Shown here piece by piece: positions 25,519 to 34,328 of a DNA stretch of 64,000 nt (position 1 is the first letter of the stretch; the number at the start of each line of letters is the position of its first letter). Origin of the DNA: an uncultured bacterium. Lineage in GTDB: Bacteria > Myxococcota_A > CAZTSL01. Where the stretch lies: NCBI GenBank assembly GCA_964616915.1, contig CAZTSL010000001.1, forward strand, positions 8,933 through 72,932. The letters run 5' to 3'. The notes under the pieces are model-generated. The model was given only the letters and a program-made list of their open reading frames with translations, had not been told where the DNA came from and made no database searches. The position numbers and the translations under genes are program-made.

Positions 25519-27966
25519 CTATTTCCTGGACGGTTTCTTTTCGATCTGCGCGACGATTCCTGCTTCGAGCAGGTCGATGACGACTTCGTAGTGCTGCCCT
25601 GCCCGGGTGGTGAAGGGGATCTTCTTACGTTTGCCCGGATCGAGCGTGGAGACGAGGAGGAAGTCGTGGCGGCCGTGAGGGATCTCCTTCGCTACGATCG
25701 GCGTCGTTCCAACGAAGCGATCATCGACATAGACCTCGACGGCTTCATCCGATTTCACCCGCACGGAGAGCAAGGCGGGAAAACGCCTTCGAACGGTTCG
25801 ATAACGGTGCGCTTCGACCCGGATCCGCTCCGTTCGATGGATGCCCAGATCCCGCCTGCTGAAGGTGACGTCGTGCTCCCCCGCGGGCACCTTGAAGAAG
25901 GTCTTCGGGGAGGGGCGCCGATGGATCTTTCCATCGAGATGGACATCGACGGGAGGATCGATGTCGAAGGCGACGAAACCGTACGCCACTTCGAGACGGG
26001 CCAGGAGTTTCCGCACGAGCCCGGCTTCGATCGGCATTTCGGTCTTCCATTCCTCGAAGCCCTCCTTTCGCAGGACGATCTCATAGGTCTTTCCCCCCGG
26101 CAGTCGGACTTCCGCAGGGGTTTTCTGCTCCAGGGGCTGTCCATCGATGAAGATCCGGCACCCCTCCGGAATGGAGGAGAGGAGCACACCGCCCATCTCG
26201 CCGAGTTCCTTCGATCTTTCGAGTTGCACGGTGATGGCAGTCTCCTCCCCTGCCGAGAGGACGAACGATTTTTTCCAGGGCACGAAGCCCGTTTTGTGGA
26301 TCTCGATCTCGTGCGGGACGCATGCCTGGATCGAGGAGAGGCGAAGGGGGGTACGTGCAGGAACGGGATCTCCGAAGGCATTCGTCGATGTCTGGGTCTT
26401 GCCGTCGAAGCTCACCTCCGCGCCGGGGGGATCGGTGTAGATGTCGAGTTGCGCCATACGGGGGGAGAGTCGGAGATCCCGACGCCCTCCCTCCTTCCCT
26501 CCCCCTGGGAGGGAAAGGGTGGCGGTTTCGTAGCAGGGATGGACGAAGTGGAGTTCCGCCTCCTTTCGCGGTCCGATCCCCTCGATGACGGCGATTCCCG
26601 CTTCATCCGTGGTGGCGATCTGCTTGCCATCGAGGAGCACCGCGACGTCGGCCACACCGGTACGCACGACCCACGGTTCCGTTCCGGCCGGTCGCAAGAG
26701 ATGGTAGATCCCCACCCCTCCGGCGATCGCGCCGGCAAAGATGAGGGTGCCCAGGAGAAGGTTCCGCCCCTCTCCTGCGGTCCACCGCCCGAGCCTTCCG
26801 ACCGCACGCTTCAGCGTTCCGGCCCAGGCGAGCGGGAGCATCCGATCGGTCGCTTCCGCCCTCTTTGGCAGGGGGGGGGGGGGGGCCTCGGCCGGAGGGA
26901 GATCCGAACCGACGAGACGTTCCGACGACGCATTCCCCCCACCCGACGAGGCCGCCGATGGGGACGTGGCTGCCGCGGCCGCGGGCGCGCTCTCCTCCGC
27001 TGCCTGGCTCAAGAGCTTGATCGCTTCCTTCTCCGCGATCTTCTCCTCGAACATGTCGTGGAGGAACGTATCGAGATCGATCGTGGTCGGGCGCCGATGT
27101 CGTTCCTGCAGGTAGGCTTCGAGTTCGCGGCGAAAAACGCGGGCGGAAGGGAAACGCGCCGCAGGATCCTTGGCCAACGCACGGGCCACGATCGCCTCGA
27201 ATCGCTCGTCCACCTCGACCCCGAATTTCCGCATCGGTGGCACGGGCGCGCTCTTGATCGCCTCGAGGGTCAGATAGTCGCTACGGCGGTCGAAGGGACG
27301 CACGCCGGTGACCATCTCGTAGAGCACGACCCCGAGCGAGAAGATGTCGGAGCGTTTGTCGAGCGCGTTGCTCAAGACCTGCTCCGGGGACATGTAGGAA
27401 TATTTCCCCTTGAGCATTCCCCCCTTCGTCTTCTGGTCGTCGGCCCGTTTCGCAATCCCGAAATCGGTGATCTTGACCTCCCCATTGTAGGAGATCAGGA
27501 TGTTCTGGGGGGAGATGTCCCGGTGGATGATGTTGAGCGGTTCCCCGGAGAGGTCGTCCCGTTTCGTATGCGCATAATCGAGTCCCTTGCAGACGTCGAT
27601 TCCGATCTTCGCCGCGAAGAGATCGGGAAGACGCGCTTTGCGCCGGGCGAGTTCATCGATGACCGTGGCAAGGTTCTCCCCCTGCACGTACTCCATCTCG
27701 ATGAAGTAGGTCTCCTCGATGAGGCCGAAATCGTAGACCCGTACGATATTGGGGTGATTCAGCTGGGCGGCCAACTGCGCTTCGTTGAAGAACATCTCGG
27801 TAAAGCGTTGGCTCGAACCGAGATAGGGGAGGATGACCTTGATCGCCACCGGCATGCTGAAGCCGCGGGGGCCTCGTTTCTGGGCCAGATAGACCTCGCC
27901 CATTCCCCCCACGGCGATCCGTTTGAGCAGCACGTACTTGCCGAATGGCTTCCCCGGTTCCATCAA
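25519..27966 (-). CDS. Serine/threonine protein kinase with proline-rich linker, TM segment and C-terminal PEGA-domain repeats
   Basis: Hanks kinase motifs: GGMGEVY (G-loop), AIK, HRDISPQNILI, DFG, SPE. A TM helix (LLGTLIFAGAIAGGVGIYHLL) is followed by three or more PEGA-like repeats (PPGAEVSFDGK, PEGCRIFIDGQ, VDVHLDGK). Confidence 0.85.
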   Translation of the reverse strand: MMEPGKPFGKYVLLKRIAVGGMGEVYLAQKRGPRGFSMPVAIKVILPYLGSSQRFTEMFFNEAQLAAQLNHPNIVRVYDFGLIEETYFIEMEYVQGENLATVIDELARRKARLPDLFAAKIGIDVCKGLDYAHTKRDDLSGEPLNIIHRDISPQNILISYNGEVKITDFGIAKRADDQKTKGGMLKGKYSYMSPEQVLSNALDKRSDIFSLGVVLYEMVTGVRPFDRRSDYLTLEAIKSAPVPPMRKFGVEVDERFEAIVARALAKDPAARFPSARVFRRELEAYLQERHRRPTTIDLDTFLHDMFEEKIAEKEAIKLLSQAAEESAPAAAAATSPSAASSGGGNASSERLVGSDLPPAEAPPPPLPKRAEATDRMLPLAWAGTLKRAVGRLGRWTAGEGRNLLLGTLIFAGAIAGGVGIYHLLRPAGTEPWVVRTGVADVAVLLDGKQIATTDEAGIAVIEGIGPRKEAELHFVHPCYETATLSLPGGGKEGGRRDLRLSPRMAQLDIYTDPPGAEVSFDGKTQTSTNAFGDPVPARTPLRLSSIQACVPHEIEIHKTGFVPWKKSFVLSAGEETAITVQLERSKELGEMGGVLLSSIPEGCRIFIDGQPLEQKTPAEVRLPGGKTYEIVLRKEGFEEWKTEMPIEAGLVRKLLARLEVAYGFVAFDIDPPVDVHLDGKIHRRPSPKTFFKVPAGEHDVTFSRRDLGIHRTERIRVEAHRYRTVRRRFPALLSVRVKSDEAVEVYVDDRFVGTTPIVAKEIPHGRHDFLLVSTLDPGKRKKIPFTTRAGQHYEVVIDLLEAGIVAQIEKKPSRK

Positions 27967-28035
27967 ACGATCCCGGTCGAAGTGCGGGGATTCGAAGGGG
28001 AGATCCGACCCGCAAGTCCGGTGATGGTTGACGGC

Positions 28036-28326
28036 TCACTCCACGAATTGATAGACGACCTCGGTTTTCCGCACCATCCCATACGTCGATCGGAGATATC
28101 TTTCAATGTAGTCCGCATCATGGGTCAAGGCTTCGATCTCGGCTTCCAATCTTCGGTTCGTTGCCTCCAATCGAGCGATCTTCTCCTCGAGTTCGGTATG
28201 TTTCTGGCGTAGCCGCATCCCTTCGTGCAAGCCATGCCTTCCGTAGATCGTGTAGGCGATCATGGCGCCGACGAAGAGGAATACCACGAGGATGGTGACC
28301 GAATCGTTGTGTTCTCGCTTCCGCAT
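28036..28326 (-). CDS. Septum-formation initiator (FtsB/DivIC-like) protein
   Basis: Internal start MRKREHN... gives ~97 aa. It has a single TM helix followed by a leucine-zipper-like coiled coil (LRQKHTELEEKIARLEATNRRLEAEIEAL). Confidence 0.6.
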   Translation of the reverse strand: MRKREHNDSVTILVVFLFVGAMIAYTIYGRHGLHEGMRLRQKHTELEEKIARLEATNRRLEAEIEALTHDADYIERYLRSTYGMVRKTEVVYQFVE

Positions 28327-28571
28327 CGTGATGCTCCGCAGCTGTGATCTCCCTTCCATGAGCGACACGCTTTGTCGCTGCCTCTCCGGCCTCACTTCCC
28401 CGCGCGAAGAATTTCCCTTCATGACAGGACGTTTCGTCGATTCAGAGTACGCTCTACCATAGAGCAAAGATTCTGGCGTGTCAAGAGAATTTCGGCATTC
28501 TGGACGCTTCTCGAGAAAACCCGCTTTCCCCTTTCCTTTCGACCTTTCCTCGTGTAAACTGGCCTCAGTCG

Positions 28572-31301
28572 ATGGTGTGGCTTTGGAGAGGAATACACGG
28601 TTTCATGGTGATGCGGGAAGAGCAGACGATCGTTCGATGGCTCGATGAAGCGATACGGGTCGAGGAGGTGGGCGGAAAAGCGGCGCACCTTTCGGTACTC
28701 TTGCGCAAGGGGCTCCCGGCGGTTCCGGGGTTCGTCGTCACGACGTACGCGCTCGATCTCTTTCTCGAAGCATGTGGGCTTCCCCTTCCATCCCTCCTTT
28801 CGGGGTGCGGGGATCCGGATTCCCTGGCAGAACGATCGGAAGCGATCCGGGCTCGGATGTGCGCGACCCCCTTGCCGGAAGCGATCGTCACGGCGGTGGA
28901 GGGGGCCATCGAGCGGGCGGGTTTCGAGGAGACGCCCGTGGCGGTGCGTTCCTCTGGAATCCTCGAAGATGCAGCGGCGACCTCCTTTGCGGGGCAGTAC
29001 GACACCCTCCTCGGGGTGACCGGGAAGGGGGCGATCCTCAGGGCGATTCGACGCTGCTGGCGTTCCCTCTTCTCGGTGCGCGCGCTCACCTATCATGCGA
29101 ACCTCGAGGAGAAACGACGGGAGGAGGGGTACCACCCTTCCCCCTTCCGGATGGCCGTCCTCGTGCAGCGGATGATTCCCGCGACGGTCTCCGGCATCCT
29201 CTTCACCGCGAACCCCAAGACGGGAAACCGTTCGGAGATGCTCATCGATGCCGTCGCCGGACTGGGCGATCGGCTCGTCTCGGGGCGCGTCCGACCGAGG
29301 AGCTACCGGATCCGGCGAGGGCGTTTCGGCAGGCTCCATCCCCTCCCTCTCGAAGCGAACGGCACCGACAGCGGCGAAGAGGCAGAAGAACTGTTGCAGG
29401 CGAGGGATCTCGAGGCATTGGGGCGACTCGGTCTACGGATCGAACGGATCTTCGAGGTTCCGCAGGATATCGAGTGGTGCCTCTCTGCGGGGCGCTTCCA
29501 TCTCCTGCAGGCACGGCCGATCACCTCCCTCCTTTCTCCCCCGGCTACGCAGGAGGCAGCGGTGATCTGGACCCGCCGCTTCTCTGGGGAACGGTGGACG
29601 CAGCCGGTCTCTCCCCTCGGATGGTCCGTGATGCAGCGGATCCTCCATCATTTCACCCATTTCCCCCGCACTTCCGAGCGTTTTCTCAAGGGGACGATGC
29701 CGACCCGGATCGTGGGGGGACACATCTACTTCAACATCACGATCCTCGTGCGTCTCCTCGTGAAGTTTCCCGGCTCCTTCCTCCCGGAATTCCTGCTGGA
29801 ACTCCTCCCCGCCTCGGAGCGAAAGCGTCTCGAGGGACGTCGCTTCCTCTTTCCACCGATCCCCTTTCTCTGGTCGATGTTCGTCGATGCCTGCCGGGAG
29901 GGGATGTGGGGGCGCTTCGATTGGAACATCCTCGCCAACGATCGTCATTGGGAGGCGTTCATTCCGGAATTCGAGGCCCGGCTCTCCGCGATCGAGGCGG
30001 CTTTCGCGCAGGCACCCGATGCCCGTTCCTGCCTTGGGCATCTCGAGGCGACCCATGCCCTTGCCCTCGATTACATCCGGATCCATCTGATGAGCCTGGC
30101 CTACTCCAACCTCTTCTACCAGGGACTCGGCTTCCTCCTGCGACGATGGGTGAGGGAGCGGCAGGATGAACGACGGGCCATGCTCGTATCGGGCCTTCCG
30201 GGCAATATGACTGTGGAGATGAACAAGGAACTGTGGCGTCTCTCCCGGATGGCAGCGGCCTCTCCCGGCTTGCGGGAACTCTTCCGCACCACGAGGCCGG
30301 AGCGGATCCCCCCTCACCTCGCCTCCGTATCTCCCGAGTTCGTCGAGGCGCTCGATCGGTTCCTCGAAAGGTTCGGGCATCGTTCCCACGCATCGTGGGA
30401 GATCTTCGCCCCCCGCTGGCGCGAGGACCCCTCCTTCGTCCTGGCGATCATCCAGGAATACCTGAATCTCGAGGTGGAGGGGGAGTGGTTCCCTTCCGGC
30501 GCAGGGAAGCAGAGGGAGGGGACTGCGCCGATCGATCCGATCGCGCGGGAACGGGAGATGCGTCTCCAGCGGGAGGAGGTGACGCGTTCGATCGAAGCGG
30601 AAATCGCCCGGCTCCCCATGGAACGCCTCTTTCCCCTGAGAACCTGGATCTTCCGCAGGGTCCTCGGATACGCCCAGCGCTACATGGCCACCCGGGAGAA
30701 CCAACGCTTCTACTTCGACAAACTCGTCTTTCTCAAGAAGCACCTCCTCCAGGCGATCCTCGAAGAGCTTGCCGCCAGGGATCTGCTCGAGGATTCCAGA
30801 GCGGGCAGCTTCCTTGCCCTCCAGGAGGTCAGCGATCTCCTCGAGGGGCGTCTCGAGCCGCGCGAGGCCGCCCGACGGATCGCAGCGCGGCGTGCCGAAT
30901 ACGAACGAGACCGCAGGCGTGAGGCTCCCGTTTTTCTCCTCGACGACGTGCCGCTCCATGAACCTCCGGAGGGCGCGAAAGCGACGCTCATGGGGCTTGG
31001 GGTGAGTCCTGGTCGTTTCACCGGCCGCGTCAAGATCCTCTTCGATCCTTCCGAGGCCCGGCGCCTTACGGCCGGAGAGATCCTCGTCACCCGCGCGACC
31101 GATCCGGGATGGACCCCGATCTTCCTCAAGCTCGGCGGTATCGTGATGGAACTGGGGAGTCTCCTCTCCCACGGCGCCGTCGTCGCCCGGGAGTACAGGC
31201 TTCCGGCGGTCGTCAACGTCCCCGGCGCCACCACCCGCCTGCGTGACGGGCAGCTCATCACGATCGACGGTTCGAGCGGATCGATCTTCCTCCATTCCTG
31301 A
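28572..31301 (+). CDS. PEP-utilising-enzyme family protein, rifampicin-phosphotransferase / PEP-synthase-like (PPDK_N ATP-grasp N-terminus, swivel phosphohistidine domain at extreme C-terminus)
   Basis: The N-terminal PPDK_N motif is VGGKAAHLSVL. The C-terminal mobile domain GEILVTRATDPGWTPIFLKLGGIVMELGSLLSHGAVVAREYRLPAVVNV carries the catalytic His. There is no C-terminal TIM-barrel PEP-binding domain, which is the RPH-like architecture. The start may be 28572 or the nearby MVMREEQ. Confidence 0.7.
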   Translation: MVWLWRGIHGFMVMREEQTIVRWLDEAIRVEEVGGKAAHLSVLLRKGLPAVPGFVVTTYALDLFLEACGLPLPSLLSGCGDPDSLAERSEAIRARMCATPLPEAIVTAVEGAIERAGFEETPVAVRSSGILEDAAATSFAGQYDTLLGVTGKGAILRAIRRCWRSLFSVRALTYHANLEEKRREEGYHPSPFRMAVLVQRMIPATVSGILFTANPKTGNRSEMLIDAVAGLGDRLVSGRVRPRSYRIRRGRFGRLHPLPLEANGTDSGEEAEELLQARDLEALGRLGLRIERIFEVPQDIEWCLSAGRFHLLQARPITSLLSPPATQEAAVIWTRRFSGERWTQPVSPLGWSVMQRILHHFTHFPRTSERFLKGTMPTRIVGGHIYFNITILVRLLVKFPGSFLPEFLLELLPASERKRLEGRRFLFPPIPFLWSMFVDACREGMWGRFDWNILANDRHWEAFIPEFEARLSAIEAAFAQAPDARSCLGHLEATHALALDYIRIHLMSLAYSNLFYQGLGFLLRRWVRERQDERRAMLVSGLPGNMTVEMNKELWRLSRMAAASPGLRELFRTTRPERIPPHLASVSPEFVEALDRFLERFGHRSHASWEIFAPRWREDPSFVLAIIQEYLNLEVEGEWFPSGAGKQREGTAPIDPIAREREMRLQREEVTRSIEAEIARLPMERLFPLRTWIFRRVLGYAQRYMATRENQRFYFDKLVFLKKHLLQAILEELAARDLLEDSRAGSFLALQEVSDLLEGRLEPREAARRIAARRAEYERDRRREAPVFLLDDVPLHEPPEGAKATLMGLGVSPGRFTGRVKILFDPSEARRLTAGEILVTRATDPGWTPIFLKLGGIVMELGSLLSHGAVVAREYRLPAVVNVPGATTRLRDGQLITIDGSSGSIFLHS

Positions 31302-31319
31302 ACGAGGGGAGCCGATGAG

Positions 31320-31754
31320 ATGGCAAAGATTCCGTTGACCGTCGGGAAGATCGTGCGCCTGCGGGAGGGGCGTGAAACCTCGCTGGGCTGTGAAGGACGC
31401 TGTGGTATCGTCATGGCTGCTCGATCACGCTCCCTGCAGGTCTTCTTCCCCGAGATCCGGCGGGGATTCTGGCTCCCCACGGAGGCCGTGCAACGGATCT
31501 CTCCCCTCGATCCTTCCGTTCCCAGGCCGATCCGCAGGATCGTTGCCCTCTTCCGGATGAGTGGAGCAAAGGGCTGGGAACTCGAAGCGCTCGAAGGGAA
31601 CCGCGTCGAACTCCGGCTTCGGATCGAGCGGTGCGACATCTCCCGTCTCGAGGAACTCCGTGCCTATCTCTCCGACGATTTCCACGATCTCGTGATCGAA
31701 CCGGGGGGACGGGCCTGGATGACGCTGGGGATCGTCTTCGACAACCCTCGGTGA
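31320..31754 (+). CDS. Hypothetical protein (co-oriented, 18 nt downstream of the RPH-like gene)
   Basis: 144-aa ORF with coding-like composition and no motif I recognise. Confidence 0.4.
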   Translation: MAKIPLTVGKIVRLREGRETSLGCEGRCGIVMAARSRSLQVFFPEIRRGFWLPTEAVQRISPLDPSVPRPIRRIVALFRMSGAKGWELEALEGNRVELRLRIERCDISRLEELRAYLSDDFHDLVIEPGGRAWMTLGIVFDNPR

Positions 31755-31806
31755 AGCGGCCCTTCTCTTCCCCGATCTTCGGGATTCCGAGCATCGAATT
31801 TTTCTC

Positions 31807-31835
31807 TTGACATTCGGTGCTCAACCCTCTATGAT
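31807..31835 (+). promoter_or_regulatory. Consensus sigma-70 promoter
   Basis: TTGACA (31807-31812), an exactly 17-nt spacer, then TATGAT (31830-31835). It sits in a locally AT-richer stretch. Confidence 0.6.
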
Positions 31836-31841
31836 TATGGG

Positions 31842-31922
31842 TGAGAGGAGTTTTCCTCTTAACCTCTTCCTCATTTGGATAAATCCTTCAAGGCAGGGAA
31901 CCCAATTCTCTGCCATTTTTTT
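31842..31922 (+). ncRNA. Candidate small RNA / terminated leader transcript
   Basis: The predicted TSS is ~7 nt after the -10 element. An intrinsic terminator lies at 31892-31922: an 8-bp stem GGCAGGGA/TCTCTGCC with a 7-nt loop, followed by TTTTTTT. The transcript would be about 80 nt. It lies inside the spurious N-terminal extension of ORF 31807. Confidence 0.4.
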
Positions 31923-31986
31923 GTACGCTCCGGGGGGTGGGGAAGAGGGGAAAGCAACCGCCCCCGCTCCATGTCGGGATGGTGAG

Positions 31987-32541
31987 ATGCCGGAACCAGA
32001 CGTCACGGATCCTCTGCCGGAATCGAGGGAGTCGTCCCGCATCACGCTCCTCCTTCTGGCGATCATCCTCCTCTATATCGCCTTTCGGGCGGTGATCTGG
32101 CTCGTGCGTGACGATCGCCGTCTCGCCTCGGAGCCGTTGCGTTCCCCGCCGGACTGTCCCGAAGTGGACGTAGGCTACCGCTTCGATGCGTGGGTCGAAG
32201 ATCTCTCCTTCCACCTCGGCATGGGCGAGGCGTACGCCCGGGCCGGGTACTTCGATCCAGCGATCCTCGAATACCGTCAGGCCCTTCGTCTGGCACCCAG
32301 ACACGCGGGCGCGCACGCGCAACTGGCCAGGATCTACGGGAACCTGGGGCTCTACGAGGAAGCGATGGCCGAACTGAAGGCGGCGATCCGTCACGACCCT
32401 TCGGGAACGGCCACCCGCGAGGCGATCCGGGAGGTCTATGAGAAGCGGATCGAGGCCGCCATCACCCCGGAAGATCGGGAACGGCTGCGCGCCGAATCCG
32501 CGAAGCTCCTGGGAGAGCCCTTCCCCTCTCCCTCCCACTGA
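31987..32541 (+). CDS. Membrane-anchored TPR-repeat protein
   Basis: Start at the internal Met MPEPDV. It has a TM helix (ITLLLLAIILLYIAFRAVIWLV) and TPR-like repeats (AYARAGYFDPAILEYRQALRLAPRHAGAHAQLARIYGNLGLYEEAMAELKAAIRHDP). Confidence 0.55.
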   Translation: MPEPDVTDPLPESRESSRITLLLLAIILLYIAFRAVIWLVRDDRRLASEPLRSPPDCPEVDVGYRFDAWVEDLSFHLGMGEAYARAGYFDPAILEYRQALRLAPRHAGAHAQLARIYGNLGLYEEAMAELKAAIRHDPSGTATREAIREVYEKRIEAAITPEDRERLRAESAKLLGEPFPSPSH

Positions 32542-32966
32542 GCGACCTTCTCCTCGCCGAATCGGACCCTTTCCGCTGACCGCCGTTGCAGCGCCTCCTG
32601 CCCTCCATCCCCCTCTCCCTTCGCCCTCCGCGCGAAACGGTAGTCCCCACTTTACATCGTGTCATGGGAAATAGACGTTGAATATCTGAGATCCTCCTCA
32701 GATTCCTGAGCCCCCCCCGGACGGCTCCACGATCCGCAGGCGTTGCCATGGTGACCCGATTCCTGGGGATGTTTGGCACCGTTATTGCGTTTCCCCCCCT
32801 TCCAAAACTTTCCCGGCAACGTTTTTTCCGGTCGGGGCACTCTACGAGGAAGGAGGACCGGAAACGCGGGATCGCGCTTCCCCCCTTCGACATTCCCACC
32901 GGAGATGCCGGGCCTTTCGTGTGATCTCACTTCGCGTCGTTCACGAACGCATCTCAAGGTGGTACA

Positions 32967-33647
32967 ATGTCGCAAGAGACGAAGACTTGGAGTGATGGGG
33001 AACGCACCTATACGATCGAGGAGATCGCCACGCTCGTGGCCGCCGTCAAGGAGAACCGGCAGAATCTCGAAGCCGTGACTGCGCTCTATCAGAGCTTTGT
33101 CCACGAGATCTACCGTTTCTTCCGTAACCGGGTCTACTCGGTCGCCGATGTTCACGATCTTACGAGTGAAACCTTCGTCATCATGCTCCGGAATATCGAC
33201 AAACTCGAGCAGAATCAGAGCTTCCACAGTTGGCTCTTCGGAATCGCGCTCAACCTGCTCCGGAAGTACTACAAGCGAAAGAAGCGGGAGATCGAGGAGA
33301 TCTCCGACGAAGGGAACAGCGATTTCCAGCGTTATCTCGCGCAAACGACGCCGCCGCCCCCGATGCCGGACATCATCGTGGACCGAAAGCACTTGCGGAT
33401 CTACCTCGGAGAACTCATGTCGAAGATGAAGCAGGAACAGCAGATGGTGCTCTATCTGCGCTTCTACGAGGAGATGCGCATCCGCGAGATCGCCGAGATC
33501 ATGCAGAAGTCGGAAGAGGCGATCAAGTCTCTCCTCTTCCGCTCCCAGAAGAAACTCCACAAACTCCTCCTCAAGAAATTCCGCACGGGATTGCGGAATC
33601 CCGCGGAATACTACGCGGAGATCCTCAGATCCTTCGCGGACGCATGA
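32967..33647 (+). CDS. RNA polymerase sigma-70 factor, ECF subfamily
   Basis: 226 aa. The sigma-2 region (ETFVIMLRNIDKL...FHSWLFGIALNLLRKYY) and sigma-4 HTH (MRIREIAEIMQKSEEAIKSLLFRSQKKL) are both present. Its GC content is visibly lower than that of its neighbours. Confidence 0.85.
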   Translation: MSQETKTWSDGERTYTIEEIATLVAAVKENRQNLEAVTALYQSFVHEIYRFFRNRVYSVADVHDLTSETFVIMLRNIDKLEQNQSFHSWLFGIALNLLRKYYKRKKREIEEISDEGNSDFQRYLAQTTPPPPMPDIIVDRKHLRIYLGELMSKMKQEQQMVLYLRFYEEMRIREIAEIMQKSEEAIKSLLFRSQKKLHKLLLKKFRTGLRNPAEYYAEILRSFADA

Positions 33648-33657
33648 CGAAGATGGA

Positions 33658-34314
33658 ATGAGCCGGAAGAAATCCGAATTTCCCCGATTGCATCACCTCC
33701 GCGTCGTTCCTTCCGACCTGGACGCCGCCGTCCCGGAAGGAACCCTTCGTGATTTCGACGCGGCCCGATTCATCGAACAGATTCGGATCTCCCCGGCCAC
33801 GAAGGCTCCTCCTTACCTCGTTCGACGGATCGAAGCGCGTCTCCGTTGCGAGGTGGAACGTCTCCCTGCGTCGGGCGCTCGGCGGCCCTCCTCGGGGTTT
33901 TTCCGAGGTTTCCGCCGCCTCTTCCCGATCGCCGCTCTCCTTCTTCTTCTCCTCCTTCTGCTGCCGGGAACGTTCTCGGTGACCGGTTCTCCGAGCGGAG
34001 GGGAACGCCCCGACGAGGGGAGTGGGGACCTCTGTGCCACCTCTCTGGGCGATCGGCCTCGGCAGGTTCCAGAACGACCGCGTCGCATCGATCTTCCTGC
34101 CGTGGAAGCCAGGGCGCCCCATTCTCCCTTTCCGCGGGGGGCGTCGGCTCGAACGGGCGCCTCCCTTCTCGAACGACGGCGCAGCGGCGCCCGGCACCAC
34201 CTTCCTGCACATCATCGCTCGGTGGGGACGCCTCCGCCTCCCTCCCTCGAAACGCCCAGCTCTTCCCATCCCCCCGATTCTTCGCGATCCGCCCGGACGC
34301 AATTCGGGAAATAA
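33658..34314 (+). CDS. Putative anti-sigma factor (single-pass membrane protein downstream of ECF sigma)
   Basis: It starts 11 nt after the sigma gene and has a central TM helix (FPIAALLLLLLLLLPGTF). No Zn-finger anti-sigma motif is present. The assignment is by genomic context. Confidence 0.35.
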   Translation: MSRKKSEFPRLHHLRVVPSDLDAAVPEGTLRDFDAARFIEQIRISPATKAPPYLVRRIEARLRCEVERLPASGARRPSSGFFRGFRRLFPIAALLLLLLLLLPGTFSVTGSPSGGERPDEGSGDLCATSLGDRPRQVPERPRRIDLPAVEARAPHSPFPRGASARTGASLLERRRSGARHHLPAHHRSVGTPPPPSLETPSSSHPPDSSRSARTQFGK

Positions 34315-34328
34315 CGCGCCCTCATCGT

